Assembly: GCA_964499455.1 (NCBI GenBank)
Contig: CAZCLC010000002.1
Coordinates: 1 to 56,880 of the forward strand
Length of the DNA: 56,880 nt
Reading direction: 5' to 3'
From: an uncultured Candidatus Saccharibacteria bacterium
Lineage (GTDB): Bacteria > Patescibacteriota > Minisyncoccia > Phycocordibacterales > Phycocordibacteraceae
The notes under the pieces are model-generated. The model saw only the letters and a list, made by a program, of their open reading frames with translations, did not search any database and was not told the origin of the DNA. Shown piece by piece: positions 37,840 to 45,612 of this stretch (its first letter is position 1; the number at the start of each line of letters is the position of its first letter). The translations under genes were made by a program, and so were the position numbers.

Positions 37840-39227
37840 TGGCACTTCGTATAACTTTTCATGGTGGTGCAAATACTGTAACTGGATCAAACTTTCTGAT
37901 TGAAAGTAATGAAAAAGGTAGGGTACTAGTTGATTGTGGTATTGAACAAGGAAGAGATTTTTCAGTTGATGCTGTGTATGGAAATTTTCCGTATGATCCA
38001 TCTACTATTAATGCATTAGTAATTACTCATGCACATCTTGACCATATTGGTCGTGCACCAAAGCTTATTAAAGATGGTTTTCGCGGCAAGATATATATGA
38101 CGCCTGCAACACGTGATTTAGCCACATTTATATTAAACGATAGCGTGAATATTCTTGCAGAGGAGGCGCGATATAAACATTTACCCATTTTATATGATGA
38201 AAAAGATGTAGAAAAATTTCTTTCACAAATTCATACATTGCAATACCATGAGGAACATTTAATTGCCGCAGGTATTTCTATATACTTGCGCGATACAGGG
38301 CATATTTTAGGTTCTGCTAGCGTACGTTTAACAAGTTCTTCCGGAGAGACTGCAGTATTCACTGGTGATATTGGTAATTCTCCATCTCCATTATTACGTG
38401 ATTGGGAACCTGTGTCTGATGCAGACGCACTTGTTATGGAAAGTGTATATGGCGATCGGCTTCATCCGGACCATACAGAGCGTGTGTCACGTTTATGTGG
38501 CACACTAAAGCGAGCGATAGATAAAGGTGGCACAATACTCATTCCGGCATTTTCAATGGAACGTACACAGCTGATGCTATACGAGATATCAAACTTTATA
38601 GACGCGAAAGAGATTCCAGATATTCCAGTGTTTCTTGACTCTCCACTTGCTATTCATATAACAGATGTTTATCGCAAATGGGGACCTGAATATTTTAAAT
38701 CGGCAATACAAAATGAAATAAAACGTGAAGGTGATATTTTCAACTTTCCGTTTCTTAAGAAAACTCTTTCAAGAATGGAATCAAATCGTATTAAAAAAGT
38801 ACATGGACCTAAAATAATAATGGCTGGCGCAGGTATGAGCCATGGAGGACGTATAGGTTCACATGAAGCACAATACTTACCTGACAAAAACACAACACTC
38901 ATAATTGTCGGATATCAAGCCCCAGGATCACCCGGTAGACTAATGCAAGATGGTGCACCGAAAGTTCGTATTGCAGGGCATGAAGTACGCATACGCGGGA
39001 AAGTTGAAATTTTAGAAGGATGGTCTGGGCATGCAGATAGAGATGAGCTGCTTTCATTCGCAAAAAATGCACTTCCAAGAGCAAAAACTATTTTTGTCGC
39101 GCTTGGAGAACCATCTGCTGAACGATTTCTTGCACAACGCATTAATGATTTTCTTGGTGGACATGCGGTTATTTCGCAGCCACATAATACATGGGAAGTT
39201 ACAAAAAATACAGTTACAAAAATTTGA
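37839..39227 (+). CDS. Beta-CASP metallo-beta-lactamase-fold ribonuclease (CPSF/RNase J-like)
   Basis: MBL motif ITHAHLDHIG and beta-CASP blocks (DTGHILGSA, ESVYGDR, GWSGHADRDEL). The ATG at 37839 overlaps the upstream stop (TAATG). Confidence 0.85.
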   Translation: MALRITFHGGANTVTGSNFLIESNEKGRVLVDCGIEQGRDFSVDAVYGNFPYDPSTINALVITHAHLDHIGRAPKLIKDGFRGKIYMTPATRDLATFILNDSVNILAEEARYKHLPILYDEKDVEKFLSQIHTLQYHEEHLIAAGISIYLRDTGHILGSASVRLTSSSGETAVFTGDIGNSPSPLLRDWEPVSDADALVMESVYGDRLHPDHTERVSRLCGTLKRAIDKGGTILIPAFSMERTQLMLYEISNFIDAKEIPDIPVFLDSPLAIHITDVYRKWGPEYFKSAIQNEIKREGDIFNFPFLKKTLSRMESNRIKKVHGPKIIMAGAGMSHGGRIGSHEAQYLPDKNTTLIIVGYQAPGSPGRLMQDGAPKVRIAGHEVRIRGKVEILEGWSGHADRDELLSFAKNALPRAKTIFVALGEPSAERFLAQRINDFLGGHAVISQPHNTWEVTKNTVTKI

Positions 39228-39232
39228 TAATA

Positions 39233-39277
39233 TTAAAAACAGCGAAGCGATACTTTGTATCGCTTCGCTGTTTTTAA
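39233..39277. terminator. Bidirectional perfect hairpin between convergent genes
   Basis: ttaaaaacagcgaagcgatac-ttt-gtatcgcttcgctgtttttaa forms a 21-bp stem with A/T runs on both sides. Confidence 0.8.
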
Positions 39278-39318
39278 TCAAACCTATATAAAAAAATCAA
39301 TTTTTTGTTTTTATAGTA

Positions 39319-39669
39319 CTACTCAGAAACTTCCTTTACAATTCTTGTAAATACCTCTGGTCTGTCTTTAGCAATGGTAGACAATACTTTACGGTCCAGC
39401 TCAATACTGCGTTTTTTTAAGGCATCAATAAAGACACTGTATGAACGATAATTATTTTCTCTCAATGCGGCATTTAAGCGTACTGTCCAAAGCCTGCGAA
39501 ATACATTCTTTTTATCACGGCGATGTGCGAAAGCATGCATTCCTGCATGTGCCAACGCTTCTTTTGCATATTTTGTTTTTGTACTTCTACCGTGACGATA
39601 TCCCTTAGCACGCGCAAGTATATTTTTACGGCGCGTAAGAGATGTTGTTCCTCCTTTTACTCGTGACAT
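39319..39669 (-). CDS. rplT: 50S ribosomal protein L20
   Basis: MSRVKGGTTSLTRRKNILARAKGYRHGRS...RRDKKN.FRRLW..R.NAA. Confidence 0.96.
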   Translation of the reverse strand: MSRVKGGTTSLTRRKNILARAKGYRHGRSTKTKYAKEALAHAGMHAFAHRRDKKNVFRRLWTVRLNAALRENNYRSYSVFIDALKKRSIELDRKVLSTIAKDRPEVFTRIVKEVSE

Positions 39670-39703
39670 AGTAAATTATTATTTATTATTGTGTTATTAA
39701 AAA

Positions 39704-39889
39704 TTACGTTTTTGGTAAAAAACGTCTTCGTGTGCGTTGATTGATTGTTAGCAAAACAGAGTGTCGTTTTCTACGTGTTTTATTTCCAGATTCTTTAGAA
39801 TTAAAATGATTTTGACCTATAGCGCGCGCTACAAGTTTACCATGTCTCGTGACACGTATACGTTTTGTATATGATTTATTTGTTTTCAT
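39704..39889 (-). CDS. rpmI: 50S ribosomal protein L35
   Basis: MKTNKSYTKRIRVTRHGKL. A 61-aa basic protein between infC and rplT. Confidence 0.92.
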   Translation of the reverse strand: MKTNKSYTKRIRVTRHGKLVARAIGQNHFNSKESGNKTRRKRHSVLLTINQRTRRRFLPKT

Positions 39890-40485
39890 ACTTCCTTTTG
39901 TTTTTGTATTGGATCTGTTGAATTAGAGTCTTTTGTCTGTTTTTCTTGCATTATAACCGATTTATCACGTTCAATAACTGCTGCATATCCTTTTGGACAT
40001 TTAGTGATAGGGTCACTTATCTTAAATGGATACGGTATAAGTAGTAAAAACTTTTCAAGTCTGGTTTTTAGAAAATCTTCACTCATCCACTTATAGCGTC
40101 CTCTAAGGAATAATTCCGCACGCACTCTATGACCTTTAGCAAGCCATTGTCCAGTTTTTTTTGCTTTAAGGAGCATATCATTTTCACCTGTACCGACCTT
40201 AATCTGGACTTCTTTAGTTTCGGATACTTTTGCTTTCGAACGAGCAGCACTCTCTTTTTTGCCCTGCTCATATTGAAATTTACCATAATCCGTCACTTTC
40301 GCAACAGGAGGGTTTATATTAGGTGATATTTCAATTAAATCAAGATGTGCGAGCTTTGCAATATCAAGTGCACGTGCAGTATCTAATACGCCAAGGTTTT
40401 CTCCTTTTGCGCCTATAACGCGAAGTTCTTTAGCCCTAATTTCGCCGTTAATGCGGATTTTTTCTGTTCTATAGTTTTTCTTCAA
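39886..40485 (-). CDS. infC: Translation initiation factor IF-3 (TTG start)
   Basis: IRINGEIRAKELRVIG..GENLGV...LDLIEISPN.NPPV.KV.DYGKF.YE. The start codon is TTG, and non-AUG starts are typical for infC. It has a C-terminal extension of about 25 aa. Confidence 0.93.
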   Translation of the reverse strand: MKKNYRTEKIRINGEIRAKELRVIGAKGENLGVLDTARALDIAKLAHLDLIEISPNINPPVAKVTDYGKFQYEQGKKESAARSKAKVSETKEVQIKVGTGENDMLLKAKKTGQWLAKGHRVRAELFLRGRYKWMSEDFLKTRLEKFLLLIPYPFKISDPITKCPKGYAAVIERDKSVIMQEKQTKDSNSTDPIQKQKEV

Positions 40486-40584
40486 AGCGTGTGCAATATA
40501 CTATACCATATTCTTTTATAATAATACAATCTATAATCTTGTCAGATTAATTAACCTTTACCCTAAATTTTATTTATTAGAGTC

Positions 40585-41130
40585 TTAACTTACAAACTGA
40601 TTATCGCGAGTGTGAAATCGCCACAGAAGGTCTATGTCGTTTCGTATGCCGATGCGTGGTGATGTGGCAATCATTTCTTTTTTAATCTCAGGAGCATCAT
40701 AGATAGCAAAGTCTCTATTAAGGGGTGTAGCATTTTGATGCTTATCAATACCAAATGCTTGGCATAGTTTTGCCGGTCCGTTTGCAAGTTTGTGGATATT
40801 AGAAACATTTCGGCGTCTTTTCATATACGCTATACCTTTCGTTGGCTCAATCGCACGAATAAGAACTGCGCCGGTACTACTTTTGTTTGTAGTGATGTTT
40901 ACGCAATAATGCATACCATAGTTGAAATACACATACCAATATCCGTATGTTTCGCGCATTGGAGCACTTCGTGGTGTTGGGTGATGGGCATGAGATGCAG
41001 AGTCTGTCGTGTATGTTTCAGTTTCAACGATGATACCCTCGCATGAACCCTTTCGTATAATTTTTCCAAGAAGTTTTGGTGCAATAGTGATGGCATCATC
41101 GGCAAACCAAGACTGTGGCAATCTTCGCAT
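40585..41130 (-). CDS. mpg: DNA-3-methyladenine glycosylase (Mpg/AAG family)
   Basis: FF..DAITIAPKLLGK...G.IVETE.Y...D.ASHA...T.R...M....G..YVY..YGMH.C.N..T......AVLIRA.EP. Confidence 0.88.
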   Translation of the reverse strand: MRRLPQSWFADDAITIAPKLLGKIIRKGSCEGIIVETETYTTDSASHAHHPTPRSAPMRETYGYWYVYFNYGMHYCVNITTNKSSTGAVLIRAIEPTKGIAYMKRRRNVSNIHKLANGPAKLCQAFGIDKHQNATPLNRDFAIYDAPEIKKEMIATSPRIGIRNDIDLLWRFHTRDNQFVS

Positions 41131-41134
41131 AAAA

Positions 41135-42070
41135 TCATTTGCTAATTTGATCTGGGTTATCCAGAACTATTTCCGCCTTACCTTTATAGGAAGTGATAGT
41201 ACCAAATACGGTGATATCTCTTCCTTGGTATGCAGTGAGTGGAGAACTGAAACGTGCTCGCGCGCTTGCGAAAATAACTGCGCCGAATGGACATCCGCTA
41301 TAATTTACACAGTAATCAAAAAAAGTAGTGCCTGACTTTGACGTGTACACACTTATGACCGTTCCTGAAATACGCGCGGTTTCGCCCACGTGTTGCGGTG
41401 CTTGTGTATACGAATAGGTTGGTGTTGTGCTGTTTTGCGATTTCGGTACTGCCGATTGTTGGTTGATGGAAGTATTTTTGGTTCCAATAGTTCCACCAGC
41501 ATTTGCGTTAAGTACTTGCAAAATAATTTGTTTATATGCATTTCGCAACGCAGGGTCGGTCCCGATTTCAAGTACCTCATCATTTACGTTTGTAGCGGAA
41601 TTTGTCCAGTTATAACTTCCGCTTGCGTAGGCGTTTTCTGTCACTATCGCTTTTATATGCATGATACCATTTGGATGAGTTTGTGTCTCAAGTGATATGC
41701 CACCTGCTTTCAGTTTGGCAATGATTGGCGCTTCGTATGAGGTGGTGCTATTTTCACGGTCTATAATTCCACGTACGTCCACTCCATGTTCTTTTGCCCG
41801 TACAAGGGCATCAGCAACATCTGTAAGTGTAAATTCATAAATTGCAAAATAAATATATTTGTGTGCGTTGTTAATGAGCGATATAAGCTCTTTATCATTT
41901 TGTTTCTTATCAAGACTGTACAAAACGCGCACACTTCCGTTAATCGGTGTGAGAGATGTCTCACTCTCCGGTAGTGTGTGTTGTGTTGACATATATGCAC
42001 CAAGCAAACCTCCGATAGTTCCACTAAGTATAATTGCTATGATTATTTTTATACGCACAGAGTGATTCAT
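41135..42070 (-). CDS. Membrane-anchored phospholipase-D-family (single HKD, Nuc-like) nuclease with C-terminal OB-like domain
   Basis: N-terminal TM helix IKIIIAIILSGTIGGLLGAYM. A single HxK(x4)D..GS.N motif (MHIKAIVTENAYASGSYNWTNSA). The ~90-aa C-terminal beta-rich module (ARISGTVISVY...ITVFGTITSYKGKAEIVL) resembles OB folds. Confidence 0.65.
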   Translation of the reverse strand: MNHSVRIKIIIAIILSGTIGGLLGAYMSTQHTLPESETSLTPINGSVRVLYSLDKKQNDKELISLINNAHKYIYFAIYEFTLTDVADALVRAKEHGVDVRGIIDRENSTTSYEAPIIAKLKAGGISLETQTHPNGIMHIKAIVTENAYASGSYNWTNSATNVNDEVLEIGTDPALRNAYKQIILQVLNANAGGTIGTKNTSINQQSAVPKSQNSTTPTYSYTQAPQHVGETARISGTVISVYTSKSGTTFFDYCVNYSGCPFGAVIFASARARFSSPLTAYQGRDITVFGTITSYKGKAEIVLDNPDQISK

Positions 42071-42209
42071 ACGTTTACTTTAGCACGCGCTTGTATGATA
42101 AAAGATCCTATCACAGTTACGTTAGATTAAATTATATAATCATTTTATGTTTGTTTATCAAGAATAGTTAATATCCTAATAATAAAATCCAGTATGTTAC
42201 AATAACTAT

Positions 42210-42425
42210 ATGACATGTAATATTAGTAAGACAGATAAACTCGTACGTTCGCTTATTGTCGTTTTATTTATAATACTTGGGTACATGGTAAACCAGTTAT
42301 TTTATTTAGTTGCTGTAATAGTGCTTCTTACGGTATATATTAGTTTTTGTCCATTATATAAATTATTTGGTATAAATACTTGTGAAAATACAGATAAAGA
42401 AAACAGTGAAAAGAATAATAAATAA
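42210..42425 (+). CDS. Small membrane protein, DUF2892/YgaP-like
   Basis: Length 71 aa with two TM helices. Pattern D..VR..IG......FCPLY..FGI.TC. Confidence 0.6.
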   Translation: MTCNISKTDKLVRSLIVVLFIILGYMVNQLFYLVAVIVLLTVYISFCPLYKLFGINTCENTDKENSEKNNK

Positions 42426-42437
42426 TTAGTTTACAAA

Positions 42438-42477
42438 ATAACACACAGCGCCCGCATTCGCGGGCGCTGTGTGTTAT
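42438..42477. terminator. Bidirectional GC-rich hairpin (serves the DUF2892 gene and ssrA)
   Basis: ataacacacagcgcccgc-attc-gcgggcgctgtgtgttat forms an 18-bp perfect stem. Confidence 0.8.
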
Positions 42478-42481
42478 GTAA

Positions 42482-42903
42482 TGGTGGAGGTGGGGAGAAT
42501 TGAACCCCCGTCCGAATCAAGTCTTTGAGATGCATCTACGACGCGTAGTCTTGATTATGTTTTAAGGAAAGAATGCAAGAAATCAAAACAGAATCATCTC
42601 TTTCCCGAACTCTAATAATTTAAACACTATGTATGAGCATACATAATATCGAGTCCGTACTAAATTACACCTAAAATACTCTGTACGAACAAAAAGTATT
42701 TTAGATGTCGCTTACGTAACAACGAGCATTATGCTCGAGCTGCTACCATAGCGAACGCAAAGTCACCCATACCGAAGTACGGAGACATTACGCGTGCAAG
42801 AGATTTCTTGGCACGTTTTAGTACTCATTGGATTCTGGTGGCAAATGAGTATGCACCGCGTCGCACATTCTCAAAGAACAGACCGTCAAAGCCAGTCACC
42901 CCC
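42482..42903 (-). ncRNA. ssrA: Transfer-messenger RNA (tmRNA)
   Basis: The 5' end is GGGGGUGACUGGCUUUGACGG. The 3' end is GGACGGGGGUUCAAUUCUCCCCACCUCCACCA. The acceptor stem has the G3:U70 alanine identity pair, and there is a T-arm and an encoded CCA. The internal tag frame ends ...GDFAFAMVAARA-TAA, with the stop in a hairpin loop. smpB lies directly upstream. Confidence 0.93.
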
Positions 42904-43034
42904 TCTAAATCAATACTGATATTATCGTACGGACTTACAGCGAGAGGCTGTAATTCACAATAGCTATATAATATGACACATATTAAGATAATTCAAACGG
43001 TATATGATTCTTTATATCTGACATTGTCATTTAT

Positions 43035-43475
43035 CTAATGTTTCAATATACGCTGTATATCTCGTTCCGCTTCTCGTCGTTTAATGCACTCTCGTTTATC
43101 AGATTTATTTTTTCCTTGTACAATTGCAATCTGTGCTTTTATTAAACCATGTGAATTATACATTGAAATAGGCACAATTGTCAAACCTTTTTTCATTTCA
43201 GCATCAGCTAATTGTTGTATTTCTCGCTTGTTAAGTAAAAGACGGCGTGGTCGTTTTGGATCATATCCTTTTGCAGTATTATTTACTTGATAAGGCGGTA
43301 TTGTCATTTCAACAATAAAAGCTTCACCACCGCGCACCAACACACGTGAACCATCGAGTGAACCAAGTTTCTTTCGTATTGTTTTTACTTCACCACCGAT
43401 AAGCTCAATTCCTGCATTCAATGTTTTAAGTATTTTGTATTTATGCCCAGCTTTTTTATATGTAATAAGTATCAT
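43035..43475 (-). CDS. smpB: SsrA-binding protein SmpB
   Basis: KTLNAGIELIGGEVKTIR...PPY....K.YDPKRPRRLLL.KREI..L......KGLTIVP. Confidence 0.94.
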   Translation of the reverse strand: MILITYKKAGHKYKILKTLNAGIELIGGEVKTIRKKLGSLDGSRVLVRGGEAFIVEMTIPPYQVNNTAKGYDPKRPRRLLLNKREIQQLADAEMKKGLTIVPISMYNSHGLIKAQIAIVQGKNKSDKRECIKRREAERDIQRILKH

Positions 43476-43568
43476 TATCTATTTTAGTATACCGAATTAT
43501 CGCAAATTCTTGAAATTATCATTGCATGGTTCACTTCTGTCGGAATATGCGGTATAGTTTTCGTATAT

Positions 43569-45533
43569 ATGAATCGAAATATACTATTTACCAGTCGAAA
43601 AGGCGGTACAAATAAAAACAATAAGAAAAATAAGAAGGGCAAATCGTCGCTTCCTCCACATCCACGTATTAAATTTCTCAAATATTCTTTTACTGGGAAT
43701 ATAATTTCAACCATTCTTATTTTTTTATTGCTTATGAGTCTGTATACTATATTTGCACCTCAAAACAATCCGCCCAAAAATATCTCACTCTCTCAAGTAG
43801 CACAAGATATAAAAGCAGACAAAGTCTCTTCAGTTGTCGTATCTGGCAATATTCTCAATCTCACTTATAAAAACGGTATCAAAGCTATATCACGGAAAGA
43901 TCCGAATTCTGTACTTTCTCAAACACTTGCTGCGTATGGTGTTACACCAACTATACTCTCGCAAGTTGCTATTACTATACAAGGCGAATCTGGACTTCGG
44001 TTTTGGTTTATTACTCTCGCTCCTATAATATTGCCAATACTATTTTTTGTTTTTCTATTTTGGTTCTTATCACGCAAGATGCGTGGTGCTGGTACACAAA
44101 TGTTTTCTTTTGGTCAATCAAAAGCACGTTTAATTGACCCTAAAGATACTGCACAACGAGTTACTTTTGCAGATGTCGCTGGTGCTCGTGAAGCAAAAGA
44201 TGAGCTTTTTGAAATTGTTGATTTCTTAAAAAATCCAAAAAAGTTTATTAATATAGGAGCTCGCATTCCAAAAGGAATTTTACTTATGGGTGCACCAGGC
44301 ACAGGAAAGACACTTTTAGCACGTGCTGTTGCAGGTGAAGCTAATGTGCCGTTCTTTTCAATATCAGGTTCTGAATTTGTTGAAATGTTTGTTGGTGTCG
44401 GTGCAAGCAGAGTGCGTGATTTATTTCAAACCGCGAAACGTACTGCTCCATCAATTATTTTTATAGATGAAATTGATGCCGTCGGTAGATTGCGTGGAAG
44501 TGGTATAGGAGGAGGAAATGATGAACGTGAACAAACTCTTAATCAAATTCTCGTTGAAATGGATGGATTTGAACCGACAGAAAAAGTTGTTGTTATGGCG
44601 GCGAGTAATCGTCCAGATGTACTTGATCCGGCTCTTCTGCGTCCTGGACGATTTGATAGACGCGTAATTATTGACCTTCCTGATCGACGAGACAGAGAAG
44701 AGATTCTTGCTATTCATGCGCGTAAAAAACCACTTGGCCCCGATGTTGCACTTGCAATTGTCGCTGAACGCACTCCAGGTTTTTCCGGTGCGGAATTATA
44801 TTCGCTTATGAATGAGAGTGCTATTCTCGCTGCACGTGAAAATAGAAAAGAAATTACTCAATATGATCTTATCCGTTCCATTGAAAAAGTTATGCTTGGT
44901 CCTGAACGTAAAAGTCATATGTTATCCGTAAAAGAAAAGAAAATTACTGCATACCATGAGGCGGGACACGCTCTTGTTTCTTCAGTATTACAGTATGCGG
45001 ATCCTGTGCATAAGATTTCCATAATAAGCCGTGGTCATGCCGCAGGATATACTCTTAAACTTCCTTTTGAAGATAAAAAAATGCAAAGCAAAAAAGAATT
45101 TCTTGATGATATTTCAGCAACACTTGGTGGTTATGTTGCAGAAAATATGATTTTTGGGGACATAACAACAGGTCCATATAATGATCTTTCTGTGGCAACA
45201 AGAATTGCTAAAGATATGGTTGTACAATATGGAATGAGTGACAAATTAGGTCCTGTTGCATTTACGACTGAACCAGGTATTCAAGGTGGAATACAGTATT
45301 CCCAAGCAGTGGCTGCAAAAATTGATTCTGAAATTGAACGTATTATTGAACATGGAACCGCACGTGCAAAAGAAGTATTATCTATTCATCATGATGCCCT
45401 TGATACAATTGCCAAAAAATTGATTGAAGTAGAAACACTTGAACGTAGTGAATTTGAAGAAATCCTTATTGCAAGCGGAATTACTCCAAAGAAGAAAAAA
45501 GAAGAGGACATTATACCAACACCGCTTCCTTAA
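43569..45533 (+). CDS. ftsH: ATP-dependent zinc metalloprotease FtsH
   Basis: Two TM helices, AAA+ Walker A GAPGTGKT, an SRH region and the zinc motif HEAGHA. Confidence 0.96.
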   Translation: MNRNILFTSRKGGTNKNNKKNKKGKSSLPPHPRIKFLKYSFTGNIISTILIFLLLMSLYTIFAPQNNPPKNISLSQVAQDIKADKVSSVVVSGNILNLTYKNGIKAISRKDPNSVLSQTLAAYGVTPTILSQVAITIQGESGLRFWFITLAPIILPILFFVFLFWFLSRKMRGAGTQMFSFGQSKARLIDPKDTAQRVTFADVAGAREAKDELFEIVDFLKNPKKFINIGARIPKGILLMGAPGTGKTLLARAVAGEANVPFFSISGSEFVEMFVGVGASRVRDLFQTAKRTAPSIIFIDEIDAVGRLRGSGIGGGNDEREQTLNQILVEMDGFEPTEKVVVMAASNRPDVLDPALLRPGRFDRRVIIDLPDRRDREEILAIHARKKPLGPDVALAIVAERTPGFSGAELYSLMNESAILAARENRKEITQYDLIRSIEKVMLGPERKSHMLSVKEKKITAYHEAGHALVSSVLQYADPVHKISIISRGHAAGYTLKLPFEDKKMQSKKEFLDDISATLGGYVAENMIFGDITTGPYNDLSVATRIAKDMVVQYGMSDKLGPVAFTTEPGIQGGIQYSQAVAAKIDSEIERIIEHGTARAKEVLSIHHDALDTIAKKLIEVETLERSEFEEILIASGITPKKKKEEDIIPTPLP

Positions 45534-45612
45534 AAAGTTTTCAAATCTCGATGAGATATATTTTTACAGAATGCAGTTATTTTTATAATGAAATTGTTGT
45601 AGAATATATTTA

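Noticed and set aside
43484-43714. 76-aa minus-strand ORF in the smpB/ftsH divergent region
   Set aside because: It overlaps the 5' end of ftsH in antisense and has no start context or recognisable motif.
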